Below, one piece after another: positions 29,588-40,485 of a stretch of DNA of 64,000 nt; the stretch's first letter is position 1; the number at the start of each line of letters is the position of its first letter. The DNA is from Nostoc sp. (lineage in GTDB: Bacteria; Cyanobacteriota; Cyanobacteriia; Cyanobacteriales; Nostocaceae). The position numbers and the translations under genes are program-made. The DNA is taken from contig JBALDB010000020.1 of the NCBI GenBank assembly GCA_036918135.1, forward strand, positions 32,001-96,000. Direction: 5' to 3'. Under the pieces are notes generated by a model. It was given only the letters and a program-made list of their open reading frames with translations. It had not been told where the DNA came from and ran no database searches.

Positions 29588-30484
29588 ATGTTTCCTAATT
29601 TTCTACCATTACAAGTTAATCAACTAACAAACTCAAAAGCGATCGCTTTCGTCCAAAGTATTCAGAGAATTGCCCTTACAACGTCCTTCAGTCAATACCC
29701 AATCCTCACAACCTACATCCACAAGGGTAAGGGAGGAACACCAATTGTGCTGCTACACGGCTTCGACAGTTCAATTCTAGAGTTCCGTCTGCTGTTGCCA
29801 TTACTTGCTACTCAAAATCAAACATGGGCATTAGATTTGTTAGGTTTTGGCTTTACACAAAGGCAAAAAGAAATAACCTACAACCCAACTGCAATCCAAA
29901 TTCACCTTTACAATTTTTGGAAAACTTTAATTAACAGACCGATTACACTAGTAGGTGCATCAATGGGAGGTGCAGCTGCAATTGAGTTTACTCTCACTTA
30001 TCCTCAAGTTGTCAAATCGCTAGTATTGATTAATAGTTTAGGTTATACTAATTCTCCCGCCTTTAGCAAACACTTGTTTCCTCCTTTTGACTTCCTTGCT
30101 GTAGAATACTTACGTCAACGCCACATTTTGGCATTAAATTTTGGTAGTATTTTAGCTAGCTTTAATCCCGAAATCCTTTTGGCTATTCAGTGTGCAATGC
30201 TACATCAAGAAATGCCTAATTGGCATCATGCTATGATTTCTTATGTTAAAACTGGTGGTTATATTAACTTGGCAAATAGAATTACCCAAGTTGATAAACC
30301 AACACTGATTTTATGGGGAGAAGCTGATGATATGCTCCCATCTGAGGATGCAGAAAAATTTCAGCAAGATATCGCCAATTCGCAGCTAATAAAGCTCAAA
30401 AATTGTGGTCATGCCCCCCAAATTGAACAGCCCCAAATGACATCTCAATATATTTTACAGTTTGTAAATAATAGTAAAATTTAA
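29588..30484 (+). CDS. Alpha/beta fold hydrolase
   Basis: LLHGFDSS, DLLGFG, GASMGG nucleophile elbow, LWGEAD, CGHAP. Confidence 0.9.
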   Translation: MFPNFLPLQVNQLTNSKAIAFVQSIQRIALTTSFSQYPILTTYIHKGKGGTPIVLLHGFDSSILEFRLLLPLLATQNQTWALDLLGFGFTQRQKEITYNPTAIQIHLYNFWKTLINRPITLVGASMGGAAAIEFTLTYPQVVKSLVLINSLGYTNSPAFSKHLFPPFDFLAVEYLRQRHILALNFGSILASFNPEILLAIQCAMLHQEMPNWHHAMISYVKTGGYINLANRITQVDKPTLILWGEADDMLPSEDAEKFQQDIANSQLIKLKNCGHAPQIEQPQMTSQYILQFVNNSKI

Positions 30485-30849
30485 TTGTGTTTAAAATAAA
30501 TTTTTAACCTTCAGTAATAAGTTTAAGCTATTAAATTTGCTGAAACTGGCACGGTCGATTACGATAACATAAATGCTAGAAATCTCTTAGCCAAAGAATT
30601 TTATTTAGGTTGATATCTCCACAGGTCATGCCAGAGCGATCGCTCTTGGTTAATGTTGCTCTCAGGTTCTGCACTAATGCAAATATCAAGTTGTTAACAT
30701 GCATACCACAACGCTGAGTATTGAAATTAACTTGATATTGAGAATTTAGGTGACATTTTTTCTCAGTGTGCTATAAGTATATAACTGTACAAATAAATTT
30801 GCTAACGACAGGTATTTAATTAACTAACTATTAAGGATAAATCCATAAA

Positions 30850-31797
30850 ATGTATCACCCATATTTTAAATTTGTTACATTTTCTACATTATTTACATCA
30901 AGTTTGCTTCTTTTAGGACTCAAACCAGATACAGCAGATATTACTAATACACAGCTAAATGAACAGTCCATACTAGCAATTAATTGGGTACAGCAATCAG
31001 GGGAGTATCAAGCCCTGACATACCAAGCTTTCAATGTAGGCAAACTCGTATTTGAGCAAGCCAAAGCTAAAAAAGTACGCAACCCAGCCGTTATTGTTGA
31101 TATTGATGAGACAGTTCTTGATAATAGTGCTTATCACGCTGGTTTGATTGATACCAATAATAGTTTTGAACTAACAACATGGAATAAATGGGTAGCAGCT
31201 GCTAAAGCTAAGGCTGTCCCTGGTGCAGCGAAGTTTGTAAATTATATTAATGATAATGGTGGTAAAGTTTTTTTTATTTCTAACCGAGATAAAAGTAGTA
31301 AAAAAGATAGCCAAAATAATGATTTAGAAACAGCAACTATCAATAATTTAAAATCAACTGGTTTTAAAGGAGTTAATAGTACGACAGTATTATTAAGGGG
31401 TGAGTTTAGCAAAATTATTGATGCTAAAGAAAATAATTCAAAACAATGGCGACGAGAAGCAGTAGAAAATGGTAAGGCTGACGGTAAAAAATATACTGTG
31501 ATTGCTCTAATAGGCGATAATCTCAATGATTTTGATGAGACAGCAGGCAAAAATAATCAAGAACGACGCAATCACGTAGATAAGAATCGTCAACATTACG
31601 GAATATTTGATGCAGATTTCAACAGTAGAGTGATTGAACCTGCATATATTGTTCTTCCCAATCCTATGTATGGTAATTGGGAAATAGGACTATATAATCC
31701 CGAAGTTTTCAAAAAGCAAAGTGCTTTAGAATTGAGTCCATCTGAAAAAAATCAACAACGTAAACAGGCTTTAAATTCTTGGTCATCAGGTCGATAG
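30850..31797 (+). CDS. Class C acid phosphatase / 5'-nucleotidase, e(P4) family
   Basis: VDIDETVLDNS, FISNR, IGDNLNDF, LPNPMYGNWE. Confidence 0.9.
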   Translation: MYHPYFKFVTFSTLFTSSLLLLGLKPDTADITNTQLNEQSILAINWVQQSGEYQALTYQAFNVGKLVFEQAKAKKVRNPAVIVDIDETVLDNSAYHAGLIDTNNSFELTTWNKWVAAAKAKAVPGAAKFVNYINDNGGKVFFISNRDKSSKKDSQNNDLETATINNLKSTGFKGVNSTTVLLRGEFSKIIDAKENNSKQWRREAVENGKADGKKYTVIALIGDNLNDFDETAGKNNQERRNHVDKNRQHYGIFDADFNSRVIEPAYIVLPNPMYGNWEIGLYNPEVFKKQSALELSPSEKNQQRKQALNSWSSGR

Positions 31798-31891
31798 CTA
31801 ATGACTATCAATAGCAGGATATTTTTTTATTTGTCAGTCTCAAAGGCAAAAAGCGTGCTATATATGGATTTGTACAATAGATCAACAGTAG

Positions 31892-31920
31892 GCGATGCCT
31901 ACAGTGGGCTACGCCTACAC
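31892..31920. repeat. Small dispersed repeat inserted in a HIP1 site
   Basis: GCGAT-GCCTACAGTGGGCTACGCCTA-CAC: split GCGAT|CGC-like site with a ~21-nt insert. Confidence 0.5.
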
Positions 31921-31992
31921 TACTATTAATTGAAAATTAACCATACCACTTGCTCAGTCACGAGTCGATGGGATGAGTTGTTGAGTTGTTAT

Positions 31993-32403
31993 TTATGATT
32001 CACCCTGTTCTCCTAAACGCTCAGGATTTTGTACGCCAATTAAGCGATTCCAAAGCTGATAACTAACCTCAGTCTTCGGTACATACCAGTTATTAGAACC
32101 CGCTTCCATACCACCCATTGCTGTAAACTCGTTACGTTGCGGGTCATTCAGGTCAATGTACTTTGCACCTTGTTCTAGGCGACTTCCAACTGGTAACAAT
32201 GTAATTTGTTTCAGTTCTTCGTGTGTATACTCTCGGAGTTTGTCATGCAGTTCTTTAATCTCATAGGCATTTAAACCTGCTTTCTCTGGATGCATTCCTG
32301 ACGAGCCATAATTTTGACCAGCCATAGGTTGTGGATTCAAGTCTTGCTGCCACTCGTCTGGCTGACCATCCGTTGGTTTTCCTTGTTTTTGAGTTTGAGC
32401 CAT
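31993..32403 (-). CDS. Conserved hypothetical protein
   Basis: 136-aa ORF with GGGAGA RBS; GSRLEQGAKYIDL..YVPKTEVSYQLWNRL. Confidence 0.75.
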   Translation of the reverse strand: MAQTQKQGKPTDGQPDEWQQDLNPQPMAGQNYGSSGMHPEKAGLNAYEIKELHDKLREYTHEELKQITLLPVGSRLEQGAKYIDLNDPQRNEFTAMGGMEAGSNNWYVPKTEVSYQLWNRLIGVQNPERLGEQGES

Positions 32404-32760
32404 TGAACATTTCTCCCTTTGCCTTACTATCAGTACACCTAATTTTCGTTTAGATGCCGACTACTAAAAGAAAGAGTTGAAAGAATATTTTTTGTTGCAA
32501 AATTATTGATAGCTTGTTAAAAAGTTAGCCCATAGATAGATTTAATCTCAGTTTTTTAGTGGACTAAATAAGTCCAATTCAGGTATTTCCTGGTTATGTG
32601 AGTAAGCTGATTCACCTCCATAATGTGGGAATTCTATTCCCTTTTAGGCTACAGACGATGAGAAATTTATTAATTTCTGTGTAGTCATATCTTTCTTAAA
32701 TTGTTATACTCTGTAAGTTCATAACTAATCCTCAGCGTATATCGCCAAAAGCTATTTATT

Positions 32761-33279
32761 TTAAACCCTAGTTGGCTCTGGCTCTAGATAACCTTGAATA
32801 TTTTCTGGCTCAAAGGAGCGTAGGATACGCGTAGCTCGGCGGGTTAACTCCTCTGTTCCTTTAACCACTATTAAATACTTACCTGCATTTAAACGATTGC
32901 GATATGCCAAAGCATCACCACTACCTTCGGTTATACCAACTCCACCACCAACTAAATAAGCACCTAAAACACCAGAAGCTGCTCCTAAAAGTCCACTAAT
33001 AATATGATTGCCAATATCACCGATCGCAAAGATTTCAATCCCAGTTAGATAATTAAAGGCATAACCAGCAATAAATCCAAAAGGTACTAGCCAGTATAAT
33101 AATCGCTTTGCTCCTTTGCGAGCTTGTTGATTTGGGTCAATCAGATTGTAATCATCAGCACTTTTATAACCACTTCCCAAAATATCTACTTGGTTTGGAG
33201 ATAAACCTTCCTTTGTTAAGGCAGAATAAGCTGCTTCTGCTTGTGACTTCTCTGATAAAACTGCAATGAGGTAATTCAT
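32761..33279 (-). CDS. Conserved hypothetical membrane protein (general-stress-protein-like)
   Basis: YLIAVL..AEAAYSAL, two TM helices, Y..RLNAGKYLIVV. Confidence 0.75.
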   Translation of the reverse strand: MNYLIAVLSEKSQAEAAYSALTKEGLSPNQVDILGSGYKSADDYNLIDPNQQARKGAKRLLYWLVPFGFIAGYAFNYLTGIEIFAIGDIGNHIISGLLGAASGVLGAYLVGGGVGITEGSGDALAYRNRLNAGKYLIVVKGTEELTRRATRILRSFEPENIQGYLEPEPTRV

Positions 33280-33619
33280 AAGGCAAAATCTAACTCTACT
33301 ATTTTCAAAATTACTATTAAAATTAAACGATTTTATAATTGATAGTTAATTATATTTATTTGATGTTATTTTCTTCTATCACCGAGCCAAATATAAAAAT
33401 AAAATCTAGCACTTTAAAAACTCCTCAAATAAAATTGCATATAAGAACTATGACACCAAAATAAAAGCGATGAAACATCTTTCTAGAGAACCAGCTATCA
33501 AATATATTTTTCATACTTTAGAAGTAACTCTTTTTGCTTGTTTTTTATAGAATTTATACCTATAGTAAACAATTAAATTTGTTAGTTTGGCTACAAGAGT
33601 TTTTATTATAAGTTCACCT

Positions 33620-33667
33620 ATTGATGGCTACGTTCTCTTCCTGATGAAAGAGAACGTAGCCATCAAT
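33620..33667. repeat. Perfect 20-bp inverted repeat with 8-nt loop
   Basis: ATTGATGGCTACGTTCTCTT-CCTGATGA-AAGAGAACGTAGCCATCAAT. Confidence 0.85.
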
Positions 33668-33806
33668 GTTTTCTAAAGTGAGTTTAAAGAATTAATCTCG
33701 ATGCGATCGCCATCACTCGATCGCATTCTGTTTGAAGTGGGAATTTTAGCATTGGTTTTAACAGCAGAGGGCAGTCAATGGAGGTTTCACGAAAAGGAGA
33801 TGATTT

Positions 33807-34802
33807 ATGGAATATCGGCACTTAGGTAAACACGGCATTCGTGTCTCGGAAATTTGTTTGGGGTCATGGCTCACCTATGGTGGCGCAACGGCAGAAGACA
33901 CCGCCCGTCAATGTATTGAGCAAGCCTATGATTTGGGAATTAATTTTTTTGATACGGCAAATGTCTATGCTGGGGGAGAAGCCGAAAAAATTGTGGGTAA
34001 GGTGCTGCAACACTACCTGCGTGAATCCTATGTTGTGGCAACCAAAGTTTATTTCCCAGTGGGCAATGGCCCCAACGATCGCGGGCTATCACGCAAACAT
34101 ATTCTCGAGCAATGTGATGCTAGCCTAAAGCGATTGGGACTGGACTACATTGACCTCTACCAGGCACATCGTTATGACCCGACCGTACCACTGGCTGAAA
34201 CCCTGCTCGCATTCGATCGTTTGGTGAAACAGGGAAAAATCCTTTATTACGGGGTTTCTGAATGGAGTGCTGGACAACTAGCCCATGCGACTGACTTGAC
34301 CCGGTTGGCAAATCTCGCGCCGATCGCATCCGACCAACCTCATTACAATATGCTCGATCGCACGATTGAAAAAGAAGTATTACCCCTATGTCGTCGAGAA
34401 GGGATTGGGATAATCAATTACTCACCCTTAGCGCAAGGCTTGCTGACTGGTAAATACAAACCCGATCAATCCTTACCCCAGGGTTCCCGTGCAAGTGACC
34501 CCAAACAAAATATGTTTTTGAACAATGGGGAACTGGATCGAGGGCAGTTGCTCAAGGTGCAGCGACTTTTGCCCATTGCCGAGGAGGCAGGTTTGAGCCT
34601 GAGCCAATTGGCGCTGAGCTGGTGCTTACGCAACCCCGAAATTAGTAGCGTCATCATCGGTGCAAGCAAACCAACACAGGTACAAGAAAACGTTAGTGCA
34701 TCGGGTAAGCAACTGTCTTTGGCAACCATACAACGCATTGAAGAAGTTCTGGAAATGGAAATCAGCGATCGCAAAGGGCAGATGGCTACGCTATCAAAGT
34801 AG
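33807..34802 (+). CDS. Aldo/keto reductase (Kv-beta/YghZ-like)
   Basis: LGSWLT, FDTANVY, TKVY, LGLDYIDLYQAHR, YSPLAQGLLTGKY, IIGAS. Confidence 0.93.
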   Translation: MEYRHLGKHGIRVSEICLGSWLTYGGATAEDTARQCIEQAYDLGINFFDTANVYAGGEAEKIVGKVLQHYLRESYVVATKVYFPVGNGPNDRGLSRKHILEQCDASLKRLGLDYIDLYQAHRYDPTVPLAETLLAFDRLVKQGKILYYGVSEWSAGQLAHATDLTRLANLAPIASDQPHYNMLDRTIEKEVLPLCRREGIGIINYSPLAQGLLTGKYKPDQSLPQGSRASDPKQNMFLNNGELDRGQLLKVQRLLPIAEEAGLSLSQLALSWCLRNPEISSVIIGASKPTQVQENVSASGKQLSLATIQRIEEVLEMEISDRKGQMATLSK

Positions 34803-34826
34803 CACAGCTGGCGTAGCAGCATCAGT

Positions 34827-35385
34827 TTAGAATCCTGTGATTCTGCCTGATGAGTGCGGGGTACGCCAGTTACTGACTTGGAGAACAAAGATCCGATCGT
34901 CGGCTCGTCGAATTTCATCTTCAATCCTGGCATCCTGCCAGTTATTCCACAAGTCAAGGCAGATTCCGACGTTGCTACGATCCACTGCATCCACAATGTC
35001 TAACGCCTGACTGATAGTCCAGATAGCGGTCTCGGTGTTCATTGCCGTGGCATTGAGCGGCTCTAACGCAATCCGAACGCTGTGGCTGGCGGCAAAGTCG
35101 GACAAGTTTCGCAGCTCGCGGGTAATTATGTCGATCGCTCCGACAACGTTGCTCTTTGGAGGAACACCAGTATTGACGATAAACACCGTTCCAGATGCGA
35201 ATGGTGCGATTTGCTCGATGGACTGCCGCAGCCTTACAGTGCGGAACTCCAAGCCAGATGCAGTCTCAGCTGGCTGGAAAAAAATGTACGCACCAATGGC
35301 TGCACGGCACTAATCGTCAATTGCCGCTCGGCAACCAAAGCCAACTGCTCGCTGTAGCGGCGATGGTTGAGTTTGATTTCGCACC
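34827..35385 (-). pseudogene. Sugar-phosphate isomerase/epimerase (TIM barrel) fragment, truncated at both ends
   Basis: CEIKL..EQL..ISAVQPLVRTFF, RIALEPLN, GICLDLWN, VLQVSNWR then premature end; no N-terminus. Confidence 0.7.
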
Positions 35386-35736
35386 ACTACAATGTCGCAG
35401 ACGCGAGCGCGTCCGAACAATTCCAGGTAATTCCAAATCACTGGTGCGCCAACAGACCAACCCAGCAGGGTAACATTGCACAAGTCCAGTTCTTGCAGCA
35501 GATCGCGCAGATCGGCAGCTAACCGTGGAATGCGGTAGCCATGATTCGGCTTGTCAGAGCGCCCATGACCGCGCAGGTCAACGGTGATAATCCGGGCATT
35601 TTTTGCTAACACACAGACGTTGCGATCGAAAAACCGTCGGCTGAAAGTCCAGCCGTGAATTAGGACGAGGGGTCGTCCTTGACCGATGTCATCGAAAAAA
35701 AGTCGAACGCCGTCATTACATGATGCAATAGGGCAT
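35386..35736 (-). pseudogene. Alpha/beta hydrolase (non-heme haloperoxidase-like) N-terminal fragment
   Basis: ATG 35736 with TAAGGA RBS, frameshift after MPYCI, then DGVRLFFDDIGQGRPLVLIHGW, DLRGHGRS, GWSVG; breaks off shortly after. Confidence 0.72.
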
Positions 35737-35783
35737 CTATGAAGTCCTTATCATCCTACTATCGTCGTTTTGATGGTTAGGCA

Positions 35784-36839
35784 TTAAGGATTCCCGCTTC
35801 CGCCCGCCGCGCCGTACACTTGCCCGGTAACGTAGCTCGACTCCTGCGAAGCAAGAAGCACGTAGATGGGGGCAAGCTCTGCTGGCTGTCCGGGACGTCC
35901 TATCGGTGTGTCGCCGCCGAACTTCTCAATGGTACTCTGCGGTTGACCGCCGCTGACCTGGAGCGGTGTCCAGTAAGGCCCAGGGGGGATCGCATTCACA
36001 CGGATACCCTTTTTAGCCAGCTGCTTTGCCAGTGACTTGGTAAAGGCGACGATCGCCGTCTTGGTCTGGGCATAGTCGAGCAGGTTCTCGCTAGGGTCAT
36101 AGGCTTGGACTGAGGAGGTATTGATGATACTGGCACCGGGTGAGAAGTGCGGCACAGCAGCTTTGACGATCCAAAACATCGCGTATACGTTCGTCTTGAA
36201 CGTTGAGTCGAACTGCTCGGTAGTCAGATCGAGAATTGAGTAAACAGATTGCTGCTTACCAGCATTGTTGACCAGAATATCGAGTCCGCCGAGTTCGCGC
36301 ACAGCGGATTCGACGAGCTGATTGCAGAATTTCTCGTCTCGAATATCGCCGGGAATCGCCACCGCCTTGCGTCCTACCGCCCGAATTAGTTGGATTACCT
36401 CGCGGGCATCCGGCTCCTCGACAGGCAGATAGTTGATCGCAACATCAGCACCTTCACGCGCAAAGGCGATCGCTGCTGCCCGACCGATGCCGGAATCACC
36501 GCCTGTGACGAGCGCCTTGCGTCCTACTAGCCGTTCGGAACCCTGATAACTTTTCTCACCGCGATCGGGTCGCGGGGTCATTTGGCTGGCAAGACCGGGT
36601 GGCTCTTGCGGTTGTCGAGAAAAGGGCGGACTCGGATATTCGTTAACTGGGTTCTGTTTGACAGACTGGTTGGGTGTCCCCTGTCTGGGTGTTTCCATGC
36701 TGGGTGTCTCCTGTCGATTTGCCGGAGTAGATGACTGTTGTGCCAAGACTGGTACCGCTTGCGCTGCGACAACGCCAATGGATAACCCACCGAGAACTTG
36801 ACGGCGTGAGGCTTTTTTAAAGGTATCTTTTTGTTCCAT
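35784..36839 (-). CDS. SDR oxidoreductase (YghA-like) with twin-arginine signal-like N-terminus
   Basis: [27 protein letters not shown]-terminus [24 protein letters not shown]. Confidence 0.88.
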   Translation of the reverse strand: MEQKDTFKKASRRQVLGGLSIGVVAAQAVPVLAQQSSTPANRQETPSMETPRQGTPNQSVKQNPVNEYPSPPFSRQPQEPPGLASQMTPRPDRGEKSYQGSERLVGRKALVTGGDSGIGRAAAIAFAREGADVAINYLPVEEPDAREVIQLIRAVGRKAVAIPGDIRDEKFCNQLVESAVRELGGLDILVNNAGKQQSVYSILDLTTEQFDSTFKTNVYAMFWIVKAAVPHFSPGASIINTSSVQAYDPSENLLDYAQTKTAIVAFTKSLAKQLAKKGIRVNAIPPGPYWTPLQVSGGQPQSTIEKFGGDTPIGRPGQPAELAPIYVLLASQESSYVTGQVYGAAGGSGNP

Positions 36840-37039
36840 ACTGGGTTTGTTGAGTTGGATTCCGCTCTACTGAATTGATTTGAAAGCAGGTTCAAAGGCA
36901 GATCCGCAAATGCCAGGACTGGTTTAGCCGAAGCATCTGCAATCAGACTGATAGAAATTAGCAAAACCTACCTTTACAATTTGGCGAGATCGATCTTATG
37001 AGCGCGTTAGGCTGGAAATAAGAAAGTATTTACGGGTAA

Positions 37040-37100
37040 GCGATAAGCCGGAGGACTTCGGCGTGAGCGCTCAGTCGAACGCTTGACGCAAAGCGTATCA
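37040..37100. repeat. Nested small dispersed repeats in a HIP1-like site
   Basis: GCGAT-AAGCCGGAGG[ACTTCGGCGTGAGCGCTCAGTCGAACG]CTTGACGCAAAGCGT-ATCAC. Confidence 0.5.
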
Positions 37101-37207
37101 CGTGGGTATGTGGAATACATACATGTTCGTCAACAATCACCCATTGTTCGTACTTCTCCTGCCTGAGGACACCCTTGACGTTATATTACTGACCTCCTGG
37201 CAAAGCG

Positions 37208-37942
37208 TTATGGAATCACCGCACCCGAAATGTAACTACCATCCTGGGAAGCAAGCAGCACATATACTGGCGCGAGTTCTGCTGGCTGCGCTGGGCGCTG
37301 CATTGGAACCTGCTGCCCGAACTGTGTCACCTGTTCATTTGGCATCGTCGCTGGTATCAATGGTGTCCATACCGGACCAGGCGCGACACTGTTAACCCGA
37401 ATGCCCTTTTCAGCGAGGGACTGCGCCAACCCCCCAGTGAAGTTGACGATTGCTGCCTTGGTAGCTGAATACGCCAGTAGCTTCGGCTTCGGCTCGGCTG
37501 CGTTAATAGAGCAGGTGTTGATGATGGCACTACCAGGCTCCATATAGGGCACAGCGGCTTTGCACAGGTAGAACATCGCGTAGATGTTAGTTTTAAAAGT
37601 GCGATCGAACTCCTCTGACGAAATCTCCTCGATGCTCTCTCGCGACATTTGGAAAGCGGCGTTGTTGACGAGGATGTCGAGTTTACCGAACTCGCTTTGC
37701 ACGCGCTTAACAATCTGTTGACAGTGAGCTTCTTGCTGAATGTCGCCTGCAACTGCCCGTCCGATGCCAGAGTCGCCACCCGTGATGATGGCAGCTTTGC
37801 CTTGCAGTTTTCCAGAACCATGATAGGAGTTTTCGCCGTAGTCCGGCTTGGGGTTCATTTGTGACTCTAATCCTGGTGCCTGTTGCTGTTGTTCGGGAAA
37901 CGGTGGTTTCGGTCTTTGTGACTGTAGGTTCTGTGAAGTCAT
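37208..37942 (-). pseudogene. Second YghA/YhdF-like SDR with in-frame internal deletion and clipped C-terminus
   Basis: [12 protein letters not shown] joins directly to GDIQQE, missing the ~35-40 aa present in the paralog. Ends GAVIP*. ATG 37942 with AAAGGAG RBS. Confidence 0.75.
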
Positions 37943-38906
37943 AAATTCTCCTTTCAACCAGGTCTTGAGTACAAAAGCGCGCATACGCATAGCGTTACTC
38001 GAACAAACTCATTACCGTTGTTTTTATCTGCGCTTGGGTCTGTCTTTGTGTTCTAGCTGTCACTGTTAACTTAATTTTTTGAGATTTAAGGTCAGTTTCA
38101 CTTGGTTATGTGACTTCTGCTTCTGACTGGTTTGTTCTTGTGACTCCAACTGCTCGCACCATACCTAAATCTAAATCTTTGAGAACAGAATATAGCGTTT
38201 ATAACCATCAAAACGCGTCCTCTGGTGCTTGTTATTCGCCAAGTCAAGCATTTCACCAAAAACAGGCGAAAAAGGACGATTGGTATCCATTGCTGTATAT
38301 TCTTCTAGCGATTACTAGTAGCCATCGTTCCTTTTAGACTGATTACGAAATATATTGAGTGGTAGTTTCTTTTGGTTCCACAGACTTCTTTAACGTAAAT
38401 ATATACCCCAAAGAAGTACCCTACCTTTTGGCTGAATAAACTTCTATAGGAAAGTGCGAGTGCTGAGTGGTGAATGTTGAGTATAAACCAAGTTAGTTCA
38501 GGGTTTTGAGCAATCTACACTGTCCTAATTTCTATGACTACGGTTGTACTTTGCAGAGTAAGTGTTTGATTAAATACCCTAAATCTACAGTTGTCATCCT
38601 TCAGTAGGAGGACGCAATCAGACAATAGCTTTCTTAAGATAATAACGGTTAAAAATTTATCATCGGCTCAAACTGTCTGGTAACTACATACAATTAAGGC
38701 ATTGCAAGTGAGTATTAAGCAGTTACGTAAGAGTTTGACATTTATGAATCATTCGTTGACCCGTCGGCTGTCCGTTGTAACGTGTATCTCTAGTGCTATC
38801 GGCTATCAAGTCGCTAAACAGCTTTTTTGCATTCGCATTAATGCTCAACCTGAGCGGCTGCGATGAATTCTTCGATGCAGCTGATTGTTGTTAAAGGAAA
38901 TAGACA

Positions 38907-39371
38907 ATGGGATTAAATATTAAGGATTTACGGATTCACAGCCCTGCATTTACATCTTTAGAACATATTCCAAAACAGTATACTAGTGACGGTGAAAACA
39001 TCTCTCCTCCTTTGGAATGGAGTGGACTGCCCGCCGGAACCCAACAACTAGCACTCATCTGCCATGATCCGGATGCTCCTCTACCACAGGGTTTTACTCA
39101 CTGGTTAGTCTACAACATTCCGCCAACAATTAATCAGATTGCCGAGGGGGGTGGTAGTAAATTTACTGAAGGCTTGAATAGTGCTAATCAGCCAGCATAT
39201 ACCGGGCCCGCTCCACCACAGGGGCATGGACTTCACCATTACTATTTTTGGTTGTATGCCCTGGATGCAGAGCTTAACCTAAAGTCAAATATGAAGCGCG
39301 AGCAACTACTTAATGCGATCGCCGACCATGTGATTGAACAGGCGCGACTAGTTGGAGTGTATGAGTCCTGA
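38907..39371 (+). CDS. YbhB/YbcL (PEBP/Raf kinase inhibitor-like) protein
   Basis: GENISPPLEW, HDPDAP, FTHW, YTGPAPP.GHG.HHYYFWLYALD. Confidence 0.92.
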   Translation: MGLNIKDLRIHSPAFTSLEHIPKQYTSDGENISPPLEWSGLPAGTQQLALICHDPDAPLPQGFTHWLVYNIPPTINQIAEGGGSKFTEGLNSANQPAYTGPAPPQGHGLHHYYFWLYALDAELNLKSNMKREQLLNAIADHVIEQARLVGVYES

Positions 39372-39437
39372 CATCTATATAGTTGATGTTAATACATCTG
39401 CTTTTTGAAATTATAGAAATCTACCGAAGGTACAAGT

Positions 39438-39917
39438 ATGGGGGAGATGGAAAACAACTACACACCGCAAGAGCAGAAAAACATTGAGCTTGTTAAAGAG
39501 TATATGCAGATTGCCTACAATCCTAAACGTGCCAGTGCTGAGGCAGTGAAGCATCTGTGTGCATCAAATAACAAATTTATCGCCCCGACTACGTTTCCCA
39601 ATGCCCATACATTGGAGGAATATGCTCAGGAACATGGTGAGGTGATGAAGCAGGTGAACGATCTCCACTTTGTCAGTTTCGATGTTCTGTTTGCCAAGGA
39701 AGACAGGGTGTGTCTGAGGTACACAGCCGAGGGAAGCCATAGCGGCCAGCCGCATGGGAATATTAATCCTACTGGCAAGAAGGCACAGTGGACAGCCACC
39801 GCCACATTCAGGATAGAGAACGGGAAATTAGCTGAGTTCATTAAGGACTGGAACAAACTATCTATGTGGGAGCAGTTTGGATGGCCGATTGAGGAGTGTT
39901 TAATTCACAAAAGGTAA
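39438..39917 (+). CDS. SnoaL-like ester cyclase / NTF2 fold protein
   Basis: DRVCLRYTAEGSHSG..PTGKK..FRIENGKLAE..WNKLSMWEQ. Confidence 0.85.
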   Translation: MGEMENNYTPQEQKNIELVKEYMQIAYNPKRASAEAVKHLCASNNKFIAPTTFPNAHTLEEYAQEHGEVMKQVNDLHFVSFDVLFAKEDRVCLRYTAEGSHSGQPHGNINPTGKKAQWTATATFRIENGKLAEFIKDWNKLSMWEQFGWPIEECLIHKR

Positions 39918-39954
39918 GAATGATGGGTATCGAGATGCGATTAATCACAACAGT

Positions 39955-40485
39955 ATGACATCAACAAATTTGTTTCGACCAACCGATCGCCTGCTGACAG
40001 GAACAGTCTCCGTTACCCTGCAAATCAACGATCGCCCTTACACGGTCGAAATTGAACCGCGTGTGACGTTGCTCGATTTATTGCGAGAACGATTAGAACT
40101 GACGGGAAGCAAGAAGGGCTGCGATCGCGGTCAATGTGGAGCTTGTACGGTGTTAATTGATGGACGACGAGTAAATTCTTGCTTGACGTTGGCAGTAATG
40201 CAGGTAGGGAAAAACATCACCACCATCGAAGGACTAGCGTCAGGAGACGAACTTCATCCGATGCAGGCAGCATTCATCCAATACGATGCTTTTCAGTGCG
40301 GCTATTGTACGCCTGGGCAGATTTGTTCGGCAATTGGGTTGTTAACTGAAGGCAAGGCAGACTCGGATGCAGACATCCGAGAACTGATGAGTGGCAATCT
40401 CTGTCGCTGTGGAGCGTATCCCAATATTGTAGCAGCGATTGGGTCCGTAGCGGCAAGTGTGAGGACACCGGATGCAACCATTTAA
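39955..40485 (+). CDS. Xanthine dehydrogenase family 2Fe-2S subunit (YagT/PaoA-like)
   Basis: [34 protein letters not shown]. Confidence 0.93.
   Translation: MTSTNLFRPTDRLLTGTVSVTLQINDRPYTVEIEPRVTLLDLLRERLELTGSKKGCDRGQCGACTVLIDGRRVNSCLTLAVMQVGKNITTIEGLASGDELHPMQAAFIQYDAFQCGYCTPGQICSAIGLLTEGKADSDADIRELMSGNLCRCGAYPNIVAAIGSVAASVRTPDATI

Noticed and set aside
37110..37200. Minus-strand fragment VLRQEKYEQWVIVDEHVCIP resembling a SnoaL/NTF2 C-terminus
   Set aside because: Too short and interrupted by a stop to support without a search.
38110..38337. 75-aa ORF in the SDR-ybhB intergenic region
   Set aside because: GTG start without clear RBS and no recognisable motif.
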